DNA of 64,000 nt from the NCBI GenBank assembly GCA_963664115.2, contig CAXWPJ010000012.1:384001-448000 (forward strand). Reading direction: 5' to 3'. Every line of letters begins with the position of its first letter. Positions within the stretch are counted from its first letter, which is position 1. The translations under genes were made by a program, and so were the position numbers. The DNA is from Terriglobia bacterium. GTDB lineage: Bacteria; Acidobacteriota; Terriglobia; 20CM-2-55-15. Positions 30,589 through 40,564 of the stretch are shown in pieces. The notes beneath the pieces are model-generated. The model saw nothing but the letters and a program-made list of their open reading frames with translations, was not told the origin of the DNA and did no database searches.

Positions 30589-31107
30589 ATGGCAGCCTTC
30601 ATGGAATCGTTCCGGATCTGGATCGATGGCACGGCCGCGTCCGCTTTCATGGGCCAATCCTGGTGGGCATGGCGCGTAGCGGAGAGCCTCCACTTTTTCG
30701 GTCTGTCCCTCCTGATCGGTACTGTCGGCATGTTCGACCTGAGGTTGATCGGGCTGGTCAAAAGTGTCCCGCTGACCGCCTTGCATCGCATGGTGCCCTG
30801 GGGCATCTTCGGATACCTCATCAACGTATCCACCGGGATCCTTTTCTTTGCCGGCTTTCCCGACCAGTACATGTACAACCCTTCCTTTCACCTCAAGATG
30901 TTGTTCATGGGAATGGCCGGCATCAACGTGCTTGTTTTCTACCTGGTCGTTTTCGGCAAGATCAAAGCGCTGGACTTGAACGACGAACCCCCTCCCGCTG
31001 CCAGGATCATCGGGCTGGTATCCCTGATGTGCTGGGTCGCTGTCATCACGTTCGGCCGTCTGCTGACCTTCTACCGCCCTCCCTGGTACTGGTGCCCGTG
31101 GTGCTAG
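30589..31107 (+). CDS. DUF6644-like 4-TM membrane protein (tandem paralogue)
   Basis: ESLHFFG..DLRLIG, NPSFHLKM, GRLLTF. Confidence 0.78.
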   Translation: MAAFMESFRIWIDGTAASAFMGQSWWAWRVAESLHFFGLSLLIGTVGMFDLRLIGLVKSVPLTALHRMVPWGIFGYLINVSTGILFFAGFPDQYMYNPSFHLKMLFMGMAGINVLVFYLVVFGKIKALDLNDEPPPAARIIGLVSLMCWVAVITFGRLLTFYRPPWYWCPWC

Positions 31108-31194
31108 CCCCCGGAAGCAGTCGTGCGATTTCGTTCCCGCAGCCACTTCTATTTTTTCCTGTGTCGCGCCCGGACGTTTGAGACCGGACCCTCT

Positions 31195-32508
31195 TTACTG
31201 CCACGCCGAATAGACGGGCTTGCCGATCAGAGTGGTAGGATCGGCGCCCGCGCGCGGACGGAACTTCTGGAAACGTCCGGCGTCGACCTCAGCGACGTAG
31301 AGGTTCCCTTCCTGGTCCGTGCTTACGCCGTGCACGCCCCAGAGCGTGCCTGGAAAATCAGCAACCGTTCCCCACGAGTACAGGAGATGGCCCTCGAGAT
31401 CGTACTTCAGCATCTTGTGGGTATTGCGATCGAAGGTTACCAGCGTTCGATCCGCACCGATCTGGACGAAGTGAAGGCTGGACGGTCTGACATTGATCTT
31501 CCACTCGGAGAGGTAGGTGCCGTTCTCGTCGAATATCTGGATGCGATGGTTGTCGCGATCATTGACGAACACCCGCCCGGTCTCGACGTCGACCGCCACG
31601 CCATGAACGTTGTTCATGTATCCGGGGCGGGTTTCCTCCCCGCCTTCGCCCGCCATTCCGAAGTCCAGCAGGAACTCGCCATTCACATCAAACTTCGCGA
31701 CGCGCGTGCCGTTGTACCCGTCGGCCACGTAGAAGCTCCCATCAGGCATCCACGCCATGAACGTCGGTCGGTTGAAATGTGTCGCATCGGCACCTGCCAC
31801 GTTGGGTGTCCCGATCGTCTGGACCAGCTGCGAGCCGTCGTTCGTAAATTTGTAGATCGCATGCGTGTGGTCATCGACAATCCAGACATGCTTTTGCGGA
31901 TCATACGGGCTGATATAGATGGAGTGCGGGCGCTTGAACAAATCGTCCCACTGCGTCCACTCTTCGATAATGTTGCCCTCCCTGTCGACAACGATCACAC
32001 AGTGTTCCCAGCGCGCGTCTACCCCCAACTCGCGGTAGGGCGCCGACGCGCCCCTCCAGACATCCATGCCCCGCGCAGGGTCCTGGCCGCTTCCACCCCC
32101 TCCGGGTGGCGTTGCCCTGTTGGCGTTGCGCCACGGCAGTCCACCGATGGGAAACAGAACGTTCGGCCCGATATCGGTCAGCAGCCCCGCCTGCGGACGG
32201 GCGATGTTCGGCAGCTCGCCCCCACCCAGCAGATACACGCGATCCGGGCTCTCGGCGAAGATGCCCCGCGCTCCTCCGTAAGTCCAATTCTCGTGGCCCG
32301 GGAGCGTGCTGAGATCTTGCGGCCACCCCTCAACCACTTCATACGGGCCAGAAACGTCCTGTGCCCCAATGGCATCCGGCACGGCGCTAAACGAGGACAC
32401 TCCCGCCGCTGTTTCTCCCTCTGAGGGCGCGTTCAGGCTATTGCCCACAGCAATGCCAGCGGCCAGACCCACCACCAACGCCAACACAACAGTCACCGTT
32501 TTACTCAT
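31195..32508 (-). CDS. NHL-repeat PAL-like protein
   Basis: KRPHSIYI, YVADGYNGTRVAKF, VNDRDNHRIQIF, RFQKF. Confidence 0.86.
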   Translation of the reverse strand: MSKTVTVVLALVVGLAAGIAVGNSLNAPSEGETAAGVSSFSAVPDAIGAQDVSGPYEVVEGWPQDLSTLPGHENWTYGGARGIFAESPDRVYLLGGGELPNIARPQAGLLTDIGPNVLFPIGGLPWRNANRATPPGGGGSGQDPARGMDVWRGASAPYRELGVDARWEHCVIVVDREGNIIEEWTQWDDLFKRPHSIYISPYDPQKHVWIVDDHTHAIYKFTNDGSQLVQTIGTPNVAGADATHFNRPTFMAWMPDGSFYVADGYNGTRVAKFDVNGEFLLDFGMAGEGGEETRPGYMNNVHGVAVDVETGRVFVNDRDNHRIQIFDENGTYLSEWKINVRPSSLHFVQIGADRTLVTFDRNTHKMLKYDLEGHLLYSWGTVADFPGTLWGVHGVSTDQEGNLYVAEVDAGRFQKFRPRAGADPTTLIGKPVYSAWQ

Positions 32509-32775
32509 CGCACCCCTCCCAGCCAGCACAGGCTGCCACGTTGATCCAGTTTGATTCACGTTGATCAAGGACAGGCCCGCCTCTCTTGCGCCTGGCCTTG
32601 GCCAATCCCCTCACTGGTCATATCTAGAAATGTTCGAGCTGTGTCGGAGCACTGACGTCCATTGCGACTGCTCGCGCTCTTCGAACAGCTGGGGGCAGTC
32701 TATAGAAACGGTGGGCGGAGAGGCAACGAATTCTCGAGCAAACATCCGCCTATTTCCTGGGATCTGCGGCTCCAA

Positions 32776-32865
32776 TCATGGCACCGGCACCCGTTCCTTG
32801 AGGATTTGAAAAGACGAATCGTCGGCAGCGTGGAGCCATAATGACCAATAATATTGACTTGATCC
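32776..32865 (-). pseudogene. Kinase-PD40 C-terminal tail remnant
   Basis: DQVNII... then FQILKERVPVP* in another frame. Confidence 0.65.
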
Positions 32866-32960
32866 GGTGGCGGGGTAATGGGTGCCTCGTCGACCCGGCT
32901 AACAGCCCCGCAAGCCAATGAAGAATCTGAGCGAGAACGGGGCGTCCAGGAGGATTCGCG

Positions 32961-33473
32961 ATGTTAAACCGTTCTTGGCTTATTGCAGTTATGGCAGCGA
33001 TTGCCACCTTCTCCACCACGTCTGTCCACGCGCAGGCGCTGACGATGGAACGAACTTTTTTGACTAATTATGCGGCCAGCCAGATCGTGGCTTCGTGTAT
33101 GGCGATCGCGGCGCGCGAGAGCGCGAACATTGCCATCGCGGTCGTCGATCCGTACGGAAACCTGCTTGCCTTTCAAGCCGCTGAAGACAGCACCGAAACC
33201 GGGAGCCTGACCGCGCAACTGAAAGCCAAGACTGCGGCGCGCTGGCGCCGGGCGACGGTGGAACTGTTCGACCGCGTCAACAACCAGGTCAACCGTGCTC
33301 CGGAATGGATCGGCGATTTTCCGCAACCGGGCGGCTTTCCCATCTATGTCGAGGGCCAGATCATCGGCGCGGTCGGAGCCGGCGGCGGTGTTGGCAGTGC
33401 CGATGATGCATGCGCCGTCGCAGCTGTTGCGGCCGTCTTCGGCGATACGGCGAGTCTCACCCGTCCGGAATAG
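32961..33473 (+). CDS. GlcG/HbpS family haem-binding protein with signal peptide
   Basis: IAVVDPYGNLLA, A..KAKTA, GGFPI..IGAVGAGG..DD..A. Confidence 0.85.
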   Translation: MLNRSWLIAVMAAIATFSTTSVHAQALTMERTFLTNYAASQIVASCMAIAARESANIAIAVVDPYGNLLAFQAAEDSTETGSLTAQLKAKTAARWRRATVELFDRVNNQVNRAPEWIGDFPQPGGFPIYVEGQIIGAVGAGGGVGSADDACAVAAVAAVFGDTASLTRPE

Positions 33474-33523
33474 AACTGTTGCTTCAAGGCACCAGATCCG
33501 GCGGGTCGGGACGAAGGACCGGC

Positions 33524-33576
33524 CCAGGGCACCGGCATCCGCTTTTCAATTCATCAAGCGAGTTCAGGACGATGTT
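33524..33576 (-). pseudogene. Kinase-PD40 C-terminal tail remnant
   Basis: NIVLNSLDELK, frameshift, then RMPVP, downstream of the MBL gene. Confidence 0.62.
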
Positions 33577-33634
33577 GCGGTGTGGGATGAGAAGAACCGT
33601 TTAAATTCCGCAAAACGATATAGGCGGACAAGCA

Positions 33635-34636
33635 CTAGGGTATTGCCTCCGCCTCCGCCACCGCTTCTTCGTAAAGACTGCCGTACCATCGCTCTACCGT
33701 AACACCGGTCGTCGGCGAGTGATTTTCAGCAGCGAATTCCGCGTCAAACTCCCTCGAGGGACGTGCTTCCAGGATCTCGTCGAGTGTCATGCCTTGGGCG
33801 ACCATAGCGCGAACTCGGGCATGAACCGTGGTGATGACATCACGTAACGCGATCAGTTCTGTTCTGTTCGAGAGTTGTCCGTGGCCGGGCACAATTATTG
33901 TGTTCGGCGTCGTCATTTCGAGAGCCAGGTTGTAATTGTCAACGAAGTTTTCGGTCGTGCCACCGGCGCGGATGTTCATCGAAGGATAGTCTGTCGTATA
34001 TTCATCGCCAAAGGCCCACACATCGGAACCGCGGAAGTACACGGCTGCATCTCCGTCTGTGTGCGCGGGTTTCAAGGGCACGAAAACCACTTCCTCGCCG
34101 TTAAAGTGGAACGTCAGAAGCTCTGACGATGTCACTACAGGCAGGCCGCCGGGAGGATCCGAACCGGGAGCGCGGCCCCCCATCATGGCCCTGCGCAAGT
34201 TGGGTTGGGCGAATATAATCGCGCCCATCATGGCCATGTTTTCGTTGTTCTGAACGTGATCCAGGTGGGAGTGCGTGTTCACAACGAAGCGTATCGGCTT
34301 ATCGGAAATTTGTCGGATTGCGGCCATGATCTGATCGTAAAAAACGATGAAATTCGTATCCACGAGAAAAATCCCATCGTCGCCCGCGAAGACCACCACA
34401 TTTCCGCCTGCACCGGCAACCACGTATACCTGTCCGGCGACATGGCGGACCAGCACTTCGATCTGCGAAACTGCTTCGGGATCGGTAATTCGACTGTTGA
34501 ATCCACGTATATCGGGGATCGGACCCCCGGTCGGAATCGCTTGCCCGATAGCAGCGACGCCAAAGGAAAGAAGGCCGAGCACGGCAACGGTCGCAAGAGG
34601 CATCGTCGATCGCTTCATAGAAGTCAAACTCCGCAT
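33635..34636 (-). CDS. Secreted MBL-fold metallo-hydrolase (cyclase-like)
   Basis: NTHSHLDH, AHTDGD, VPGHG. Confidence 0.88.
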   Translation of the reverse strand: MRSLTSMKRSTMPLATVAVLGLLSFGVAAIGQAIPTGGPIPDIRGFNSRITDPEAVSQIEVLVRHVAGQVYVVAGAGGNVVVFAGDDGIFLVDTNFIVFYDQIMAAIRQISDKPIRFVVNTHSHLDHVQNNENMAMMGAIIFAQPNLRRAMMGGRAPGSDPPGGLPVVTSSELLTFHFNGEEVVFVPLKPAHTDGDAAVYFRGSDVWAFGDEYTTDYPSMNIRAGGTTENFVDNYNLALEMTTPNTIIVPGHGQLSNRTELIALRDVITTVHARVRAMVAQGMTLDEILEARPSREFDAEFAAENHSPTTGVTVERWYGSLYEEAVAEAEAIP

Positions 34637-34815
34637 ACTGAGTCGATTTTTCAGGGAAGTCTACTGTGCAGGACCATGCCCGTCAATCGCGACGCCCCAT
34701 GTGTATCTCAGGTGGCCTTTCGTTTCTGGTCAGCCCGGTCCTGTTGACGCGTCACACGCATGAGGTAAGATTCAGGGTAGGAACACTCCGTAAAACTGCT
34801 TACCCTGGGGCTCAC

Positions 34816-35910
34816 ATGACCTTGAAATTACAAATGGCATCTATTCTGTGCCTTGTACTGATGGCGCCAACACCCTTACCTGCTCAGCTCGAGCGGGATG
34901 CTCCCGGAGACCGGGGCGTAGACGAACCATCTCCGTTCGATGAATCGGCGCCCACTCTGGTTCGAGGCCAGGTCATCGCGGACAACCCGAGTCGACTCGT
35001 TCATCCCATCCCGGTTCGCCTCGAGAGCTTTGGGCAGCCCCTGGACACAGTATTCACAGACGGCAACGGAAACTTCGTGTTCGACAATGTCCAACCGGGA
35101 AATGTTTTCTATGTCGTGATTGAAGAGGATGGCTTCAGACCTGTTCGGGAGCGAGCAGATTTTGGGCCGGTCTCAGCCGTCTCAGCCGGGTTGCCCATTG
35201 TAATTTTTCTCGAAAGCGTAGATACCACAGACGATTCGATCACCGATGCCGGGGCCGTTGACTTGAACCAACTCATTTCGGACATTCCCCGGGAGGCGGT
35301 CGAGGCATTCCAGAAGGCAGCGGAAGAGTCCCAAAATGGCAACTATGAAAGATCAGCCGAACGGCTGGAAGAGGCCACGGAAATTGCACCCGATTTTTAT
35401 GAAGCGCAGAACGCGTTAGGGGTCGAGTATCAGAAACTGGGACGCCTGGATGAGGCGATCGTGCGTTTTGAAATCGCGATGGGGCTGAACCCGAATGCTG
35501 CGGAACCGGCCCTCAGCCTGGGCATTCTGCACCTTCAAGACAGCGATCTCCAGCTTGCCTCAAGCAAACCTGAAGAAGCTCAAGGAAGTCTTGAAAAAGC
35601 CTTCGGGTACCTGGAAGAGGCCGTCGAACGGGACGCCACATCCGCGACTGCCCAGTATTATTTCGGCACCGTCCTCTTCAAGACAGGAGCGATGGAGCAG
35701 GCCCGCGACCGGCTCGATCACGCGCTCGCACTCGATGAAACCTTGTATGCCGTGCGCCTGATGTTGTTCAACGTTTATCTAGCCCAACGCGATCCTGCGG
35801 CCGCTCTGAATCAACTCGAGACCTATCTTTCGGAATACCCGGACAGCCCGCAACGCGAAGCCGTCGAGGGGATCAAACTGGACCTTGAACAACAGTTGTC
35901 GCAACCCTAG
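34816..35910 (+). CDS. Secreted protein: carboxypeptidase-regulatory-like domain + TPR repeats
   Basis: TDGNGNFVFDNV.PG; TPR motifs AQNALGVEYQKLG, AQYYFGTVLF. Confidence 0.82.
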   Translation: MTLKLQMASILCLVLMAPTPLPAQLERDAPGDRGVDEPSPFDESAPTLVRGQVIADNPSRLVHPIPVRLESFGQPLDTVFTDGNGNFVFDNVQPGNVFYVVIEEDGFRPVRERADFGPVSAVSAGLPIVIFLESVDTTDDSITDAGAVDLNQLISDIPREAVEAFQKAAEESQNGNYERSAERLEEATEIAPDFYEAQNALGVEYQKLGRLDEAIVRFEIAMGLNPNAAEPALSLGILHLQDSDLQLASSKPEEAQGSLEKAFGYLEEAVERDATSATAQYYFGTVLFKTGAMEQARDRLDHALALDETLYAVRLMLFNVYLAQRDPAAALNQLETYLSEYPDSPQREAVEGIKLDLEQQLSQP

Positions 35911-36083
35911 AACGCTGTGGTGGGGAAGATGAGCGTGTCGTCCGGACACAGGCGCGCTCTAATCAGCGAGCGTGCCGCATTTCACCCTTTCCAGTGCAGT
36001 CCTTTCTCTTCTTCCAACCCGTTACGGGTTGCAATGTCAATCTGGGGCCACCACTTTTCTGGGGCGTCTGCCCTCCCCTGAGG

Positions 36084-36464
36084 TCAGTGCTCATGCGACG
36101 ATGTCTTCGACTCAATGCGCCCCACTAACGCTTGGATCGCTTTCGTTTCGTCCTCAAACGTATCGAAGACTTTCGAGAGTTTTGTTAGTTCAAGAAGTTT
36201 TTTCACTTTCTTGGACGGGTTCAACAGACCAAGTTTGCTGTCGCCATTCCGTAGTGAATTATGGACACTGAAAATGGCTCCGAGCCCGGCACTGTTGATG
36301 TAAGAAACCTCGCTGAGATTGAGGAGCAATTTCACCGCGCCTTCCTCAAGAACAGGATTCACCGTCGCTCTGAACAGCCGTATTGAGTCCGCGTGAGATA
36401 ATTCACCCGACACGTCAACAATAACCACGCCGCTGATTCTTCGCGTATTCACCGACAGCGCCAT
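36084..36464 (-). CDS. STAS-domain anti-sigma factor antagonist
   Basis: LLNLSEVSYINSAGLG, LLELTKL; AAAGGAGG RBS. Confidence 0.9.
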   Translation of the reverse strand: MALSVNTRRISGVVIVDVSGELSHADSIRLFRATVNPVLEEGAVKLLLNLSEVSYINSAGLGAIFSVHNSLRNGDSKLGLLNPSKKVKKLLELTKLSKVFDTFEDETKAIQALVGRIESKTSSHEH

Positions 36465-36492
36465 AAATGCCTCCTTTCATTATTGCCGCCCC

Positions 36493-36564
36493 CACTTCTC
36501 CCGTTCCACATTTACGACGGAGTGTGCCAATCGCGCAGCGACCGGGAGTGGCACCTGAATCCAT
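36493..36564 (-). pseudogene. Kinase N-terminal (Gly-loop) remnant
   Basis: MDSGATPGRCAIGTLRRKCGTGEV aligns without gaps (11/24) to MESGTKLGHYEVLSLRGKGGMGEV at 46942. Confidence 0.65.
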
Positions 36565-36605
36565 CGTTAAATTGCGTTGCGACAAGAACCGGGAAATCTT
36601 GCTAA

Positions 36606-36646
36606 AGAATATTAAAGGCAGAAGTTAGAAGCTATCAAATTCTCAA
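36606..36646 (-). promoter_or_regulatory. Conserved kinase-type promoter copy
   Basis: TTGAGAATTTGA-TAGCTT-17-TATTCT. Confidence 0.7.
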
Positions 36647-36787
36647 ATTCCGGCAAATCTTGTATCAGAAGTTGAGAGACACGCCTATTGAGCCAACCTT
36701 CGCCTCGATGAAGTCTCGATGAAGTATGATGATCCGTGCTGGTTTTTGGGTTTAAGATGCCCATTGCAAAGCGGAGTGGAGGATCAA

Positions 36788-37219
36788 ATGAGAACCTTGA
36801 TGACTTGGATCGCAGTTACGACCACCCTCGCCTCAGTGGCGTTTGCTCAGGCCTTGGAACCGGTACGGCTGGCGCCAGGCGATCTGGAATGGGATGGCAC
36901 GCCTGGTGCCGTGATGCGGGCCGGCATCGCTGGAGATAACGAAACTCCCGGCCTGTACGTTTACCGCGTACGTTTCCCCGAAGGATTTAGAATCGAACCC
37001 CACTTCCATCCAGACGACCGCCTCGTCACGGTGATGAGTGGCACGCTCCACATGGGTTACGGAAACGAATTCGATGAGGATGCGATGCGGGCACTCCCGG
37101 CTGGAAGTGTTTGGACCGAACCCGGACGGCAGGCCCATTTCGTCTGGGCGCGGAATGGCGAGGTCATCATCCAGGTGGTCGGTGTCGGACCATCGGGGAC
37201 CACTCAGCTTGAACGCTGA
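36788..37219 (+). CDS. Secreted cupin-domain protein
   Basis: PHFHPDD..TVMSG, PGRQAHF; signal peptide. Confidence 0.82.
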   Translation: MRTLMTWIAVTTTLASVAFAQALEPVRLAPGDLEWDGTPGAVMRAGIAGDNETPGLYVYRVRFPEGFRIEPHFHPDDRLVTVMSGTLHMGYGNEFDEDAMRALPAGSVWTEPGRQAHFVWARNGEVIIQVVGVGPSGTTQLER

Positions 37220-37330
37220 GCGCGGCCTCCGGTCACAGGGCAGGGATGGAAGCTCCTGTTAGCGTTGGGAAGAACCCCACCCCAAGGACGATCTTCGGCG
37301 CAGGTCCGCCGTCGCAGAACCCCATCAAAA

Positions 37331-38890
37331 CTAGTTCGCCGCGTTGACAATACTAAGGAACTCCGCGTTGGTACCCACCCGGCCGTGAATCGGAACGTGG
37401 CGGTCGACATCCAGTCCCAACCGCTGCATGTTCCGGTAGAGCGTTCGCATTCTGCGGTTGAATGCGGGCGCTGCCGCACCCGGTGCGGGAGGGGAATAGA
37501 GGTCCGCATTGACCAGAAGCTTCTCTCCTGGCAGATAGGCAATCACCATGTTCTCGACGTGGTTCAGGTTTCGAAGCCCGTGGATCTCCATTGTCCGTTC
37601 GCCGTCGCTCAGGACGTAGGTTTCCGCCAGCGTCTCGAATCGATCGGTCGGGGTGGCAGTCGACGCCATCGGATGCAGCGACATCCGGTCCGGTTCGAGG
37701 GTCCGGGGCGCGGCCGAGAGCAAGATCCGTTCATAGAAATCCCGGTTTGCCAACTGCGTGACAATCTTGGCGCCATCGGAGAAGTACGTTCGGAGCCCCC
37801 CGATGTGATCAAAATGGTGGTGCGTGCTCACCACGTAATCGATCGTCTTGTCGGGAACGAGCCGGCGCACTTCCGCCATCACGGCCAGTGAACGTGCCTC
37901 ATTCAACGGCGCCTCGATCAGAACGACGAAATCGCGAAACTCAACCGCCACGCTGTTGTGGGATCCGCCCCCAATAAGCCACACGCCTTCAGCCAGACGC
38001 TCGCTTTCCACCCGGACCTCGGGGACCGCCGCACGACGCACGGCGTCGGGTATCGCCGGCGCGGCGTCGCTGAGATTTGTGCGAACGCTGGCCACATTGA
38101 CCTGAAGAAAGTTGGGATCGAGATACCAAAACTTCTGGGTGTAGTCATAGCCGCTGGCTCCGGCGTGCCCGTGGATGCTTGTCGGAAATTTGATGCCGTC
38201 GAATTCTTCGTAGTCTGTGTATCGGATCTCGTAAAGCATGTCGCCGAAAACGGAGTTTGCCACCCACGTCTGGACGTATTCAAGCATGTTCTGGTCGGTG
38301 AACATGCCGCTCAAACGGTACTTCCCCATCGCCATAAACGAGACCATGGTCACGGTCTGGACCGAGTCGTCGACCGCGAGGACCCGGCGCGTGAACGCCG
38401 TCAGGTCGTCACTGGCCATGGCTGCCTTGATGAAGCCGTGCGGCGTGAGAAGGATTTCCAGTCGCCGCAGCTCCACCGCGTTCGGAGTCGGTGCGGGATC
38501 GCCGCCCCGATCGTTCCAGGCGTAGTCGCCGTTGACGGCGGTGTTTCGGATCTGGTCTCCCTGGAGGGGCGTTCCGCCGCCGCCCTGCGGTGGGTAGTTA
38601 CCCTGACGGCGGGTCACTTCTTCCAACATCGACTGTGCGTCGTAATCGATCGTCCGGCTGTAGCGTGTCGTCTCGAAGTGCGGCCATCCCTCGCCGACGT
38701 CATGCAGGGTTGCGCTGTAGCTCTGACCGAGAGCCGCCACCCATCCGGTCCCGGAATACTGTATGGATCTCAGGTTGGCGGCGCCCATCGCTTCGGACGC
38801 GGCCTCGACGACCGACCGGGCATCCTGGGCGATCGCGGGTCGAACCGTCATTGCAAGAAGCACAATAAACATGAGGTATCGTCGGGTCAT
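37331..38890 (-). CDS. Secreted MBL-fold metallo-hydrolase with large N-terminal domain
   Basis: STHHHFDHIGG, NHVENM, NADLY, VPIHG. Confidence 0.87.
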   Translation of the reverse strand: MTRRYLMFIVLLAMTVRPAIAQDARSVVEAASEAMGAANLRSIQYSGTGWVAALGQSYSATLHDVGEGWPHFETTRYSRTIDYDAQSMLEEVTRRQGNYPPQGGGGTPLQGDQIRNTAVNGDYAWNDRGGDPAPTPNAVELRRLEILLTPHGFIKAAMASDDLTAFTRRVLAVDDSVQTVTMVSFMAMGKYRLSGMFTDQNMLEYVQTWVANSVFGDMLYEIRYTDYEEFDGIKFPTSIHGHAGASGYDYTQKFWYLDPNFLQVNVASVRTNLSDAAPAIPDAVRRAAVPEVRVESERLAEGVWLIGGGSHNSVAVEFRDFVVLIEAPLNEARSLAVMAEVRRLVPDKTIDYVVSTHHHFDHIGGLRTYFSDGAKIVTQLANRDFYERILLSAAPRTLEPDRMSLHPMASTATPTDRFETLAETYVLSDGERTMEIHGLRNLNHVENMVIAYLPGEKLLVNADLYSPPAPGAAAPAFNRRMRTLYRNMQRLGLDVDRHVPIHGRVGTNAEFLSIVNAAN

Positions 38891-39329
38891 TGGTTTCTCT
38901 CCGAATTTGGTCGTGTTGGTCTGGACTGGAAATGGACTGGGCACAGTCTAACAAATCACCTTTGGCAGTCAATCGTTCTTAAACCTGGCCAATGAAACAG
39001 GGGCGGCATTCTGCATTGTCAGCGGTAGGTTATAAATTGATTTATCATGATTCGTAAATACGCCTTCCTCCGGTCGCTGTCGCCTTCGCCGGGTGTTGGC
39101 AGCATTCCGTAGTTGAACGGCTTGATTGACGGCTATTGGAACATGCTGAATACCCGGCTGACACTCGTGGGCGGGAAAATCCGTTCGGACCAGCGTTAAG
39201 CGGACAGAGAAGAGAAAATGGGGACGCTAAACCCTCACACGGGGGTCGCGGCCGACATTCTCCACATCCTCAGCTCACCGCTTCCCTTCCTCGAGTTCTG
39301 CTGGGGGAAGCCCTGCGGATTGCAGTCCA

Positions 39330-40463
39330 TCAGGGAATCGGCAGCAGAGGTCTCTGCCCTTCGGGCAAGTGCTGATCGAAGGCCGTCAACAGGACTGCAT
39401 CGCCTGAATGCTGCGCCATCAGATCGATGAAGTCAACCAGGTCTCTCTCTCCAAAAATCTCGAGGGCCCGGGCATAGGTTTCAGGGCTTACGCTGTGCAT
39501 TTGGAAAAGCTCACGACCGAATTCGATGAGAACGGCTTCTCTCTCACCCAGTGCTGTTACCGGCCCGCGATGGCGCACCTGGTCAATGATAGCCGGCTCC
39601 AAGCCGTCCCGGAGGGCTCGAAGCTCGTTCATCGTCCACTGATATTGAGCGTTGTGTTCGCGAGCGGTAACGAGAATCGCCAAGTCCACCAAGCCGCGCC
39701 CAACACTTGCCTCCAGAGAATCGAGACCCGCCCCATGAAGCCGGATGTGTCCCGGTCCCGTGCCCGCGGGGGCCATCGTGCGGCTGTAGAGAGTGGGCGC
39801 CGGGGCCGGGCCGTCTTCCAGACCTTGCTCCTGGACCTGTCGTAGCGGAAGACGGCTTCTTGAGTCCGGATGAATGTCATCGGGCAGAGCAAAAGGAAGG
39901 GGCAGAAATTGCTTCCATCCCGGAGGCATCTGTTGATTGACGGCGGTCAATCGCGTGCCCGTCGCTGTGTAGTTACCGATCAAGTCAACAATATCGACGA
40001 GACCGTTCGTGCCGAGGATATTCAAAGCACGCGCATAGGTTTCCGAGCTCAGTTGGAACGTTCCGAAGATCTCACGACCCAATTCAATGATGATCGATTC
40101 CTTCTCACCGAGTCCTGTCAGCGGCATGCGATAACGCACACGGTCGATCACTGTTGGATCCAATCCCACGGCAAGGGCTTCCATCTCGTGTAACGACCAC
40201 TCGTATGGCTGGTCGTGCTCGCGGGCCGAAACCAGGATCGCCAGTTCCGTCAAGGCGCGGCCGAGTGGGGATTCCCAACGGACGATGACTCCGGACCCAT
40301 GTTGCCGTATCGCGGCAACAGCGTCGGACGAGCCGGGTGTGTCGCGGACTGGAAGCCGGCTGCCCGAAGCCGGAAAGACGTCTCTGGGAAGAGGCAGTTG
40401 TGCACGTGCCGACAGTCCCAGAATGATCAGGACCCAAAGCACAGCGGACAGTCGATGGAGCAT
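39330..40463 (-). CDS. Secreted tandem carboxymuconolactone-decarboxylase/AhpD-like protein
   Basis: Internal duplication ELAILVSAREHDQPYEW / DLAILVTAREHNAQYQW. Confidence 0.78.
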   Translation of the reverse strand: MLHRLSAVLWVLIILGLSARAQLPLPRDVFPASGSRLPVRDTPGSSDAVAAIRQHGSGVIVRWESPLGRALTELAILVSAREHDQPYEWSLHEMEALAVGLDPTVIDRVRYRMPLTGLGEKESIIIELGREIFGTFQLSSETYARALNILGTNGLVDIVDLIGNYTATGTRLTAVNQQMPPGWKQFLPLPFALPDDIHPDSRSRLPLRQVQEQGLEDGPAPAPTLYSRTMAPAGTGPGHIRLHGAGLDSLEASVGRGLVDLAILVTAREHNAQYQWTMNELRALRDGLEPAIIDQVRHRGPVTALGEREAVLIEFGRELFQMHSVSPETYARALEIFGERDLVDFIDLMAQHSGDAVLLTAFDQHLPEGQRPLLPIP

Positions 40464-40564
40464 TGATTTCTCCCGTGATCGTGATTACAACGCAGCCTAT
40501 CACGCCGCCGAGGGATCGCGAGATCCGAGAAGGTCAATCCGATGCCGCTCTCTGCTTGTCAAAC

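Noticed and set aside
31123-32424. Long antisense ORFs (also 59036-60448, 60306-61727, 37958-38995, 12760-13677)
   Set aside because: They shadow well-supported genes on the other strand; expected in high-GC DNA and without motifs.
37234-37305. Possible further kinase tails (PKIVLGVGFFPTL..IPAL*; also ~28860-28890 and ~39230-39310)
   Set aside because: Too degenerate to distinguish from chance by eye.
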